From contig NW_005434663.1 in NCBI RefSeq assembly GCF_000315625.1, forward strand, positions 835,882 through 899,881: a DNA stretch of 64,000 nt, given 5' to 3'. The stretch is from Guillardia theta CCMP2712. Its lineage: Eukaryota > Protista > Cryptophyta. Shown piece after piece: positions 25,401-37,400 of the stretch. A program made the translations under genes and the position numbers. Every line of letters starts with the position of its first letter. The first letter of the stretch is position 1. The notes beneath the pieces are model-generated. The model was not told where the DNA came from. It did no database searches and saw only the letters and a program-made list of their open reading frames with translations.

Positions 25401-26233
25401 AGAAGCATACAACAAGTAGCCGTTGGTCGCAAGACATAAGTCTGAGGAAGACTCCTCCATGAGTGGGAGTGGCTGCTCCAGTAGCACTGCACGAGAAGAG
25501 TGAGCGGATAAGCAAGGAGAAGACAAGGGAAGGGGGCAGAGGCTGGAAGGGATTCGACAGGACAGGTCAATGCAGGTCAGAACAAGTCAAGTCAGGGAAA
25601 GAAAGGAGAAACAAACTTCTTTCTAGCTGCACCTTGATCGTTCTTAGGGTTTACTCTTCCTGATGCCAGCAAGGTTCCAGGACTTCCCGTCCGCCTGCTG
25701 TAGGCGATCACGAAGTTCTGACGAGACACTCCGACGACGAAGGCTCTGTTGACGTCCTCGTCCACCATCTTCGAGGGACCCAAGGACACCTCGGAGCCAG
25801 AGACGTGCGCGTGGAACACGAAGAGCTGCTTCCTGAAGTTGGTCGCCAGGATAACGAGCTGACTGTAGAGGTCGTCGCTGACGTGAAACAGCTGCGCTGC
25901 TTGCATGATCTCTACCCCGTCCTCCTCGAAGATGCTCCCAGGGTTAGAGTTGACGGTGAACCCTCGCAGGGTGGCTCCTGATTCGTCGACCAACACGTCC
26001 TCCACGCTCACGTGCGCGGAGATGGCGACCGAAATCTGCTGCGCGAGGAGCTTCGAGCTCGATCCCTGCGGCCCTACGGGAGGGAGGAACTCCTGGCCCA
26101 CCTTGAGGTCTTGATGCTTGAGGAAGTTCCAGTCCGGGGGCGTCAGCCATGGTCCGGGAGTTGCGAGAGAGAAAGAGACCCCGAGGGTCAGAACTAAACA
26201 GGCCGAGCACTGTGATCCGAAGGTTGTCCACAT
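22476..26233 (-). CDS. Secreted/membrane protein with several Sushi (CCP) repeats
   Basis: Signal peptide MWTTFGSQCSACLVLTLGVSFSLA; four C..P.P...C..GY/F....P.C...G.F...C repeats at ~24330-25160; hydrophobic segment VAVLEIVCGLLLDVSGGLMIFLAFVG. Confidence 0.8.
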
Positions 26234-27263
26234 GTTATCCTACTCGAGAGCCCATCCCTCCATCACGGTGAACCTAGCCTCAGCTTCTCCTCCTCTTACC
26301 CTGCTACTCTACCCTCCCCTCCCCTCCCATCTTCTCTCTTCTCCCATGTTCCCCTGGCTCACCTCACCATGTGGTCTGCAAGTTCTCATTGGAAAGCTGC
26401 ATGTCAGTTGTCGGGACAAAAAAAAGTCAAAATGATGAAACCAAAAATTTGCCCGGGAACCGGGAGGGCCTGACAGTCCCGGAGTCCGATCAGTCACTGG
26501 TAGTCGGACCCGGCGGGACTCAGCCGGGCCAAGCACAACGATGTAGTTACTAACCGCGGTACAGCGACATTGCTGGCATGGCGCGGGGGAATGGTCCTGT
26601 GCAAAGGTAAGTGAAGGTATCAGTTAAGCCTCTACTCTCAGGCTCCTGCAGCGGACTACACAGACGGTGCGGCCTCAGTGGCGGCGGGCCCCGGCAGTGA
26701 CTCGGACGGACCGGAAGCACCGGGTAGTCACACTGACTGATACTGCTGGATCGGTCAGGTGACGTCACGAGTCTGACAGCCTGCCGACATAGGCAGGGCC
26801 GAGTCCGACTTTTACTCAAAGTTAAGTCGAGTCAAGCTGCTCCACAGCCGGGCTGAGGGCAGAAGCAATCCGGAGTGTGGCCCAAAATTTAGGCCGCTAA
26901 GCCGCGCAGTGACTCCCGGAGTAGCTGACCCGGTGACCCGGGCTGGCACTGCACATCAACTTGGCTTAGAAACGGCTTGACAAGCGAAACTGAGACGGAG
27001 CACAAGTTTGTTAGACTTGTACTGTGCCAAAGTTGAATGCAGACACCATATCGACCTTAGTTGTAACAAGACAGTTTTTTGCTCAAGACCGAGTCTAATG
27101 TACACAAAACCAGAATTGAGGAGCACATGAGAGATAAACAGTATGCTAGGATGTGAAACCCAAGCATCCAGACATGAGAGGACCTTAGCAAGACGGCTAG
27201 GAAAGCCCCCTGCTTCGTCCCGGGCCACATACTACATGGCCGCCTTGAAACACGTAAGGGTCG

Positions 27264-27545
27264 TCAAGACCCAACAAGGACAAGATTGCAGCATATATCG
27301 CTTGCATACCACGCTCTGATGCATAAGCTGTCGTTTGAGCTTTAGACCGCCTCCATCCGACCACTCCTCGCTGAGATATGCTCCGACAAGTGCAGGAGTG
27401 TCAGGAGGGGGTTGGGGGCTGCAGGACGAAGATGCGGCGTATCCAAGACCCAACAAGGACAAGATTGCAGCATATATCGCTTGCATACCACGCTCTGATG
27501 CCTAAGCTGTCGTTTGAGCTTTAGATCGCCTCCATCCGACCACTC
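27264..27545. repeat. ~103-bp direct repeat (27264-27366 and 27443-27545)
   Basis: CAAGACCCAACAAGGACAAG...CATCCGACCACTC occurs twice with 2 visible mismatches. Confidence 0.9.
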
Positions 27546-27924
27546 GGTTTACCGTACAGGAGAGTTTTGTTAACTCGACGCTATCTGACTGGCACGCGGC
27601 TGGCCGCTCATGTGATCCATCAAACTGGGAGTGTGATCGGATCGGACATCTTGGCACACATGCTAAGGCCGGGCCCAAGGAATTCTCGATAGCATGCCAG
27701 GGCTGAGGGGGTCACGGTGTGCCCGGGCCGGCAGAAAGGTAGGCAAATTGCTGAGGACCCGAACAGCTCAGTACGGTACAAATTTGCGTCAGATCACAAA
27801 TATTTGAATATCGTGTATAACAAAACAAGCTCGTTCAAATATCCTATCAATAAGAAATCCCTAAGTACCGTGAGGAAATAATGCCGAGAGCAGTTTTCTC
27901 AGCAGGTTGCCAGCTAGTGATAAA

Positions 27925-28689
27925 TCATATATCACGCATTTGAATCAAGTCAGCGCCAAGGCTGATAGGAAACCCAACATTGATGTCAAAATTTCGCAGC
28001 TCAGAGATAGCTGGGTCCTCTCCTTGCTCCAGCTGAACCCCGTAGAGCTGATTATGGTCGAAGAACTCGATGATATGGCCATGGTTGGGAGGAGGAGGAG
28101 GCTGGTTAGGGTCCACCTCACCGAACATTTGGAGCGCCTCGCAGATGGTGCAACTGCCGGACTGATTCGAAGATTTCTTCCCAGCCTCGTCGTCCAAGAG
28201 TCCTCCGAGCGAAAATGAACTCAGGGTCTCGTCCTCGGCCATGGCCGGCAGAGAGACGACGTCTTCTGGCTCGGGGACAACCTGGAACGCGAAGTCTGTG
28301 ACGTTTTGTTCACCCTGAGCAGTATATGGCAGGGGCTGGTCATCGTCGTGATGCAAAATGTTCCGCTTCTTCCTTGGCCTCCTGTCTTTCGATCCTACTG
28401 GCCTGCCGGGCTTCTTGGCCTGCTTGTTGTTGGCCTTCTCCACATATAATTCGATCTCCTCTCGCGTCCACATGCTCTGCGTTGCTTTGATCCATGTGCG
28501 CTTGTTCCAGATGTCTCGTACAGCCTTGGGGCTGATCCTGTATTGGTTGCTCAACATGGTGCTCGAGAGCACGGTATCTGAGTCTGAGTTGCCATGGGGC
28601 CTCTTGCTGTAAATTTCTCGAGCTTCTTCAAAACTCAAGGCCGCCTTCCAATGAGCCTTATTCTCGCTTTCCATTTCAACTTTTTCCAA
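27925..28689 (-). CDS. Intronless putative DNA-binding protein: HTH + AT-hook-like motif + acidic tail
   Basis: LSFEEAREIY...LSNQYRISPKAVRDIWNKRTW; KPGRPVGSKDRRPRK; TATATA-like element near 28800. Confidence 0.75.
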   Translation of the reverse strand: MEKVEMESENKAHWKAALSFEEAREIYSKRPHGNSDSDTVLSSTMLSNQYRISPKAVRDIWNKRTWIKATQSMWTREEIELYVEKANNKQAKKPGRPVGSKDRRPRKKRNILHHDDDQPLPYTAQGEQNVTDFAFQVVPEPEDVVSLPAMAEDETLSSFSLGGLLDDEAGKKSSNQSGSCTICEALQMFGEVDPNQPPPPPNHGHIIEFFDHNQLYGVQLEQGEDPAISELRNFDINVGFPISLGADLIQMRDI

Positions 28690-30405
28690 TCAGCAAGTGA
28701 TATTCCAACAGTCTTCTGCTCCCACCCTCTTAGATCGCGGGTGCTTACGGTTTGTCTTTTGTTAAGCTTAGAAGAACAACGAATCGACAACGCGGGCGTG
28801 TATATAATAGATTGCCGTGAATCTATCTCCTTCTAACTTCCGTCTTGAAAGGCTATTAATAGTGAGAAAAATCAAGACGTCCACAACAGATTTGATACAG
28901 GTCACTGCAATAAATATGAGGCAGCAGGGACAGAAACCTCGACAGAGTTGTCAACGAGACTTCAGAGTTCGAGGGTGGGCCAGAAGTGCAAAGGGCAGCA
29001 GTGTTGCTAAGGAGGGAAGGTACAGATAGTAGATAAACAGAGATTTTTGACGGGTTGGGAGGAAGAAACACAAGTCTAAGTGCAATGATAAGCGCAGTTA
29101 CTGCATGAGTTCTAGCATATGCTTCGCTCGCGGATGTGGACGCGAGTAGAGAGGCGCGAGGGTAGGGTAAGATTCCGTAGGTGGGTAGGGGTGAACCTTA
29201 AATCTAGGGTGGGGTACACAAAGTTGTGATGAAGCGCCTAGGGGTACTCAAAAGGTTATGGAGAGAACCGGGTATATTTCTGGTCAGAAATGGGGTTGTT
29301 AACTGAGTGGGGTGGGGTAGGCGGGATGGAACCACCCCCACCTGTTTGTGTACCCTACCGATTGAGGACTGAAGTTGGCGGTGTGGGTGATGAACGGGTA
29401 GTCGGCAATAAAGTTGGGGAGAAGGGGTCGGGCCCCACTGGTACAAACCAAAGAAGCTGGTAGATACGGTGGGTACTGTAGAAGGAGTAGAAAGTAGCAT
29501 CAAAGTAGGGGTCCAAGACTTTGAAATGAAGGGTAGGGGTAAAGGGGGGTAATTTTTTGGGTGGTCCTGGTAGGGGTGGGGGACTGGGTAGGGGAGGCAT
29601 TTGGTGTTGTACCAGCGGCCGGCCCTGATCGGTAGACTCAGTGTGGGGTGGGTGGGGGTTATCCTTCTCTGGGCTATTTTCACAGGAAGCTCGTGTAAAG
29701 GGGGGTGGGTCTGGGGGTGGGTCCGATGCAGCATTGAAGTTGTCTCTCTTAGTTGACTGATCAGGATCCGGTGAGGCGGGCCCGAGATTGTTCAAGCCTT
29801 GAACTTCCGACTCAGTGACTCTGTGAATGGCAGGGCGGCCGCGCCCGGGCCACTCCGCCGCCCACTGTGACCGTACCCGCGCACGGCGCGGCCGTCACTG
29901 AGCGGCGCACTGCGGCATCATCATGGCATGGAACTTGATCGGCGGCCAGGCCGTGAAGGAAACTTCAGGCCGGGCCGCATACGGCGACCGAGTCTTCTTG
30001 ACTCGAAGCCGCTTTCGGGCCGGGAAATTGAATTGCCGGGTGAGTCAATCGGGTGCAATAACCCCACCCCCCTAGATGTCTCAACATACTACTTACAATG
30101 CCACTACCGGTGATAGAAACAGGGATTTTGGGCTCCATTTCATCGAAGAATAGGGGGTGAGGGTAGTTCTTATCACCAGCCAAGTCTCTTATGACGACAT
30201 TTCCAATGCGTAAGAATGCAATCAGACACCCACCCAATACCCACTACTATAGTCTGGTTGATATGTAGACTAAACATTATTTATATCAATTTTCATGGGT
30301 AATTAAGAATATTAAGTGATTTTGAAGGGGTGATCGTGCCCACCCGTTGGAGGGGAGGGGTCAACTTAGGGTTCACTGCCCCCCCTTCACGCATCAGCCG
30401 CCGCC

Positions 30406-31306
30406 ATGCTCCGTGCCGCCGCCTTCTCTGCCGCCGTCGCCTCCGCCGCTGCCTTCATGCCCCTTGCGCCAGGCCCTGCCTGCCGCTCTGGAGCCACTGC
30501 TGTCAGCATGTGAGTGATCGATCTGACACACAATCGATGGTAGTTGAGTGAAAGGAATGTTGGAACTGTTGCAAGGAGACTGGGTTGAAATGGGGTGAGC
30601 GAGTGTTGGCGTTCTGTACAAGAGAGTATCAGTTCGCTTCTTGTACCTGAATGCTTTCGTCGATCATAGCACTTAATACCATAAGATGGAGAGTAGGGAA
30701 TGTCTTTCGAAAGCACGATGACCTTGTATTATGTTAGTACTCACTCGTGTTGCAGGGCCAAGTTCCCTGGGCAGGCCCCCAACGGAGCTCCTCCGGCTGA
30801 TCTCTTCAACATCTGGAGAAACGATTACATGCTCACCCCCCAGCAGGCTGCTGCCGAGGTACCATCCATGCTCAGGGCGTCATGTATCCTTACCCGCTGT
30901 AACAGGCCGCTGAGAGGAAAAAGAACACTCTCTTCGACGGAGTGTTGCCTCCCTTCTCCAACGTCGGAGAGACCACCTTCGGAGAGGGTAACGACGTTTC
31001 CTCGTCCTCTCTTCGCCCCGTTGACTGGTCCTACAGTCGGCACCCCCACCATCAGCGGTCTCGGTGTCGCTCGTGACTTCTCCACCGCCAACCCCACCTC
31101 CGCTTACGATGTTGCCAACTTTGGCAAGGTTAATGCTTCTTCACGACCTCTCTTGACTGCTCACTCATGCTCTCGTGCAGACCATCGCTGTGAACCCCGA
31201 CGTTCTCATCAACCCCAAGACCGGAGCTGGTCCCGACAGGGCCTTCTTCGAGAAGAAGGGTGGCAACGCTCCCTCGCAGCCCCGCAAGCGCCTCTTTGGC
31301 AAGTAA
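30406..31306 (+). CDS. Small plastid-targeted orphan protein, 5 exons
   Basis: Four GT-AG introns splice in frame: MLRAAAFSAAVASAAA-FMPLAPGPACRSGATAVSMAKFPGQAPNGAPPADLFNIWRNDY...KRLFGK*; classic AxA-F bipartite leader. Confidence 0.85.
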
Positions 31307-31783
31307 ACTATTCTAGGGTATAAAGTGAAGGAAAGCTTTCGTGTTCGAAATAAATGATCATGTTTCTTTGGCGATTGCATGCGCGGAAGAATCACCAACA
31401 CCGATTCAAGACCGTTGCCTTGTACGTGAAAGACGTCAAATGAAGTATCATTCCCAGCATCGTAGTTTTGTTTCATGCGTCTTAGGTATGGATACCTTTA
31501 TGTCCAACACACACCATCCTATACAAAAGTTGAGCTGAGCTACGTGTTGTGGTGTACTGTCGTATGTTAACACAGTTCATTATGTTTTTTTTCAATCTGT
31601 TGCCTTTGCATTTCTCCCCTCCCCTCTCCTGTCTTGCCCTGTCTTGCCCTGCCCTGCCCTGCCCTGCGCTCTCCTGTCTTATCTCAATGTAATTTCTAAC
31701 ATCTGCCTGCTGCTCACCCAAGGTACAGTACCCTTCCAGTGGTAATGGTAACTTAAGTGGAACACTCGACTGGAGTGGTCGCA

Positions 31784-33647
31784 ATGTCGAGCGCTGGGAA
31801 GTTGCGCAAGGTAACGAGAACGAGAGCAGGGGGAGCAGGAGGAGCAGGAGGAGCAGGAGGAGCAGGAGGAGCAGGAGGAGCAGGAGGAGCAGGAGGAGCA
31901 GGAGGAGCAGGAGGAGCAGGAGCAGGAGGAGGAGCAGGGGGAGCAGGAGGAGCAGGAGGAGCAGGAGGAGCAGGAGGAGCAGGAGGAGCAGGAGGAGCAG
32001 GAGGAGCAGGGGGAGCAGGGGGAGCAGGAGGAGCAGAGGGCATTCGATGTAGACCAAGATGCTTGGTCGACACAACGTTGCGACGTCGAAGAAGGATGGC
32101 GGCAGTGCGATCAAAATGCAGCAAAGAGCGAGGATCTGCGAAGAATGTCTGACTAGATTTGAACAGCAACTGCCCGGCCTTGTAGAGAAGTTGGATCAGT
32201 TTCTTCCCCTTGCTCGAGTGGAGTCGATCCTCAAAGCGTATACGACGTGATGTGATTTGCTCTCCCCGTCGCGTGCTCAATGCTCTGAACAACAGGACAA
32301 GGAGGACCACGTTCCGGTTGAATCGTCTCCGTGTGAAAGGGAAGCAAGCAGAGGAAGCGGTGCTGGGAGGGATCCAAGAGAAGCTGGAAGAGCTCTCGAG
32401 CAGGAAGCGAGCAGTGCGGCTAGAGAGATGCCCATGGAGCGAAGACGCCTTCATCGTCTCTCCTGCTGGCGTCCAGGTGAAGCACCTGATCGACCTGCAT
32501 GCTCACAAGCAAGGTCTCTTCCACTTCCAGTCATGGTCCAGCATGATCCCGCCGCTCTGCATCGATTATATGAGGGGAGGGCACCTTCTTGACATGTGCG
32601 CGGCGCCCGGGGGGAAGGCGAGCATGATAGCTGAGAGGATGAAGGAGGGGTGCAGGCTGGTGGTCAACGAGAAGGACAGGAGGAGGTACGAGAAGATGTG
32701 CTTTATCCTCTCCCAGCTTGTTCCCGACGACCTGCTCCCTGCCCTGTCGTTGAGGAATTGTGATGCGAGGAAGTTCCGGCTAGTGGACGGGGAGCAGGAG
32801 GCGTCGGAGGGGAGGCAGGACGGTGAGAAGAGCTGGGGACGTTGGAAGGGGATGATGTTGATGTCCAGGAAGCAAGTTTGACAAGACCATATCACAAGCG
32901 TTCGACACTATCCTACTGGATGCTCCGTGTGAGTGTTGGGGAGCGAAGGAGGTGGGAGGAGTAAGGTGAATGAAAGTGAGCAGGTAGCGGGGAGGGAATC
33001 ATCAATATGGGGGAGCCAGGAAGTTACAAGTAATTAATGCTGTCTTGTGATGGAGATGATGATAGAGATGATGATGACGATGATGTTGATCATGATGATG
33101 AGGACGACGACGATATGAACTCGATGTGATGTTCACCCTCATTCAGGAATTGGTCGTTGCAATGGGTTGCCGATCATGTCGCCTTGCAACGACAGCTGCT
33201 GGAAACTGCAGTCTCGGTGTGTAGCTGAACTCATGAGTGAGGAGGAGGGAGACGATGACGAGGGTGACAACAGCTGCTGAAGAGAGGTGGGCAGCTGGTA
33301 TACTCAACCTGCACGCTCAACCCGGAAGAGAACGAGGAGAACGTCGCCTGGATGTACAAAGTAAGATCGAGAGCTCGTTTCGCTGACGCGGGGTGTACAG
33401 ACTGAGCAGCTGCCCGGAGGTCTCGGTAGAGGAACTTCCTCCTCCTTTCAGAGCCAACGACGGAGGGTTCAGAGAGCAGGATTGTTTCGCCAAGGGCCTC
33501 ATGGTGACTTCTCGGCTGAGTGGAGGCAGCGGAGTGACGGAGGCGGAGCAGGGGAGTCTCTCGCAAGCCCAGGCAGCTCGTTGCCTGCGCGTTTACCCGT
33601 CGGAGACCATGGAGGGTTTCTTTGTGTGCAGGCTGAGAAAGAACTGA
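31784..33647 (+). CDS. RsmB/RsmF/NOP2-family RNA cytosine-C5 methyltransferase
   Basis: TTFRLNRLR, LLDMCAAPGGKAS, ILLDAPCSGEG (spliced), GGQLVYSTCTLNPEENEENV, MEGFFVCRLRK. Confidence 0.9.
31825..32036. repeat. (GGAGCAGGA)n 9-bp repeat, likely intronic
   Basis: About 23 units after a GTAACG donor. Confidence 0.9.
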
Positions 33648-33936
33648 AAGACGACGAGGACAGGAAGAGGAAGAGGAAGAGGACGAGGAAGAGGACGAGG
33701 ACGAGGACGATGGGGTTGAGATGAAGAGGAGCATAGCGACGGTGAGGAGGAGGAGAGGAGAAGAGGGAGGAAATTTGAAAATTGTAAATACGAATGAGGA
33801 ATTTGGTTTCTCTTAATCGGGGTTGCTTTTCATCTTTTATTTTCTTGATCGTCTACTGCGTATTATTGCTCTCTGCTTCACCTAAAGATGAAATCAGAAG
33901 ATGTAATTGATGTTTCATGTTTTTTGTTTGGTTTTT

Positions 33937-33937
<1 letters not shown>

Positions 33938-33994
<57 letters not shown>
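33938..33994. repeat. (GAT)n microsatellite
   Basis: Perfect trinucleotide run. Confidence 0.95.
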
Positions 33995-33995
<1 letters not shown>

Positions 33996-34059
33996 ATCGT
34001 ATTTGTTTTTAATGATGATGTGTTTTTGTTACCTTCTTGGGAAGTTTGTTCATTCTTTT

Positions 34060-34433
34060 CGCACGATTGATCGCTTTCACCTGAAATTCGTGTAAGAGGG
34101 CAAAACGTTCGAGACGACAGAACAGAGTTGTAGACGAGGGACGGAAGAAGAAGAGGCAGAGGGAGGAGGCCTGCGGGAGAAAAGGAGGGGACAGGGGGTG
34201 GTACCTGCTTCTTCCATTCCTTCTTGTCCATTCCATTCAACGGATCATCTAATTTTGCTCTCTACCGCACGAGTCAGCAGGAGGAGAGAAGGAGAGAAGC
34301 TACAGACCTTGTCTTTCCTGCCTCTTTGACGTGCTCCGTCTTCCCCCTCACCTGGACCGCTCCTTTCTAAGCTGTCTTCCTCGTCCCCGGAGCCCAACGG
34401 AGAAGATACACTCTCAGGGACATCCTCCTCATT

Positions 34434-34464
<31 letters not shown>

Positions 34465-37400
34465 GAGTTGTCGTCGGTGTAGTCTTCTTCTTCTTCTTCT
34501 TCTTCTTGTTCTGGACTGTCCTCTAATTTGTTCGCTACCTCTCCTGTCAAGACTTTGTCCAGTCCTTTGTTGACCTTCAGACTCTCTCCCTTCCATTCTC
34601 CGTCTGCTTCATCGACTTCGTCGTCCGCCATGCCTTCCTCCTCTACCCTGTACTTGAGGTTTTCACCCATCCTCCCAAAGCCTTCGATACCTTCCGGGCC
34701 TCCCCAGGGTCCCCATCCGCTGGAATCCTCCTCCTCCTCTTCCTCCTCCTCCTTCACTCTCTGGTTGGCCTCCTCCACAATCTGCTTCTTCGCCACTAGC
34801 CTCGTGTCGATCCCCTGCTGTCTTCCGGTAGAGCTTCCGAGGGAGCTGGCGTTGACCAGCGCTCGCCCTTTCGCATCATACCCCAGACTGCGCAGGATGT
34901 CGGATGCTTTCGTGCCTGAAGAGAAGGAAGGAGCACGAGAGGAGGGAGCAGCAGCAGCATCAGCAGGAGCGTCGAACATTGCAGTCTTCGCATCCTCGCG
35001 CGCAGCTTGAAGGTCCATCCCAGTCATGACCCCGTAGTTGCGGAAGTCTTGACCCTCCCGGCCCTCTGCAAGTTTCTCGATCTCTCGCTCAGCGTCCTTG
35101 AAGTCTGCTAGCCTCTGCGGGAAAGAGGAGCAGAGGAACACTCCTTCCTCCACGTCGTGCTCAGCCTCTTCCGTACGTGTCAGCGGCTGGCCTGACCTCT
35201 GCTGATCCGTCTCTTCCTCCTTCGCAGCTTCTTCTGTTTCCTCGGACAAGCTCTGCGTCAAGTTTCGCATCGCGTCTGAGTGGCTGAAGACGGGAGAGAC
35301 GACGAGCTCGAAGAAGGAGCGGAGGGGAAGCACCGGGATCCCCTTGGAGGAGAAGAAGTTCCGCACGTTGACCGCGTCCTTGCGCAGGAACTCCAGCGAG
35401 CAGGGATGGTCTGGTCCCACGGACTGCCCGACGTCGATGACCATCACCTTCCTCCTCACGTACACCAGGTTGTACTCGCTCAGATCCCCATGGACGAGCT
35501 TGCAGTCGTGGAAGAGCAGGCGCATAATCAGGAACGTCTGCCTGTAGCTCTCCTGCCATGACTGCCCGTCAAGCTTCACATCCTTCAGCTTCGGCGCCGC
35601 TTCCCCTCCCTCCCCCAGGAACTCCATGATGAGGACGTGGGATCTGAAGAGGAGGGGACGAGGGCAAGGGACCCCAGCCAGGTACATCCTCTTCAAATTT
35701 CGGAACTCCTTCTCCGCCCACAGGCTAACCATTCTCCTTGGGTTCTTGGAGTAGCCCTTGCGGAAGCGGTAATCCCCCATGACGTACTTCTCCCTGTCCT
35801 TGAAGACGAGGATCGAGGTCTTGAAGATCTTAATTGCTACCTCCAGCTCCTCCTCCTCCTCCTCCTTCTTCGTCTCCTCGGACCAGAATAAACCCTTCCC
35901 TGAGATATGGGAGTATCCCTCCGACAGGTTCAGAGGAAGAAATTGTTCTGACGACCGAACTCCAACACTCCTGCATGGTAGGGCAGGGAACGAAGCAGGA
36001 GCAGGAGCGTGAATAAGAGGAAAGTGAACAAAGTCAGTTGGAATCAAACGAGAGTGAATGGGAATCGGAAGGTATGCAAACTTACAGGTCGATTTGCTCA
36101 TTCTCATTCCAAGTCTTCTGTATCAATTTGCTCCAGTTGTGATAGTTCGACCCGAACCCCTGAACATCAGCATCAATATCAACATCCAAATCGACATCCG
36201 CAAAAGAATCGCCTCACATGATACACGTTCGCCTCCTTCCCTGTGCTGATACATCCTTGCATGCTGTGCAGATATCCGTTGGACATCAGTCTGTCCAGAA
36301 TTCTTCTCGTGCGTGGATCAAGAACCTTCACGGAGCTCGTCACATTTCCCTGGCGCCAACCACCTCCCAACAAACCCCCTCGACGGTTGCTCGATCCGCC
36401 CTGTCCTTGTGCCGCACCATCTTCATGTCATCCTTCTTGTGGGTCCTGCAGTCATCGTCACATGCCAAGGAAGCTTGTCCTCCAACAGCGCAGCACGTGT
36501 CGTGCTGGACGTCCTCAAGCCTGCCAAGCTTCGCAGTGGTGATGGAGCCCGCGCGAGGGGGAACGAAAGTTGGGAGTAAGGTCAGATCGACTTTCTCTCT
36601 GTCCTTTTGCTGAGAGGGAGGATTGACTGGCGATTTCCATATCTTCGTGTCTTTGTTTTGCTGCTTGATATTCGAAACAGAGGTGTCTCCGAGGTTTAGT
36701 TGTGCTCGTTTCAAACTTCGCTCCTGGCATAGGAGGAGAAAGAAACTCTTCAGAACGCCTTTCAGAGAAGGAATCTGCAGTACCTTCAAGCTCACATTCA
36801 CTGCAGTATCTTTGGAGACAATGTCATCGATGCTTCTTGTCTCGTTGACATCAAGTATCGTCGTCTGTAGATCGCAACCTTGAAAATCATAAGCTGCATT
36901 CTTCTTGGTCTTCGATAACTTTCTCTCCTTTCTCTTGTTCTTCGACATCATATCATCTTTCAGATCCCTGTGAACATGACGTCATATCTTTTCAGAGCTC
37001 CGATCGTCTCCTGCTCACTTGAACGTCCACACGTTGGGAGATCCTTCACGATCGCTCTCTGGCTCAGCGAGAAGCTGCATGGCGTGTCATTGACCTCCCT
37101 CTCACTTTCATCTAGACCTTATCTCTTGTCATAAGCATGCGATCTTCTCCAAACTTGTAGACAATTGTTTCCTGTGCATCATGCAAGGGTCAATATCCTA
37201 ACATCCACTCAACATTCGCCTTGCCTCGACATTCTTCGTCGATTCCTGCTCCCCTTCCCCTGTACAAAGTTGCCCGCCATCTCTCCAGCTAGAGCGCTTG
37301 AAGAGCTGTAGAGGCATGCACTGTCCTCCCCCGCGCAGACGAAGAGCCTGGAAGGAGGCCCGCGGACCTCAGGGATGTAGCGAAACGAAGAGCTTTAACT

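Noticed and set aside
29204-29795. Pro-rich ORFs as retrotransposon gag/pol remnants (also 44146-44636, 57620-58477)
   Set aside because: No RT, integrase, protease or zinc-knuckle motifs; ORFs are explained by C/G-run composition
31482-32454. Poly-Leu / PPA-repeat ORFs on the minus strand
   Set aside because: Translations of the (GGAGCAGGA)n repeat antisense to the methyltransferase gene
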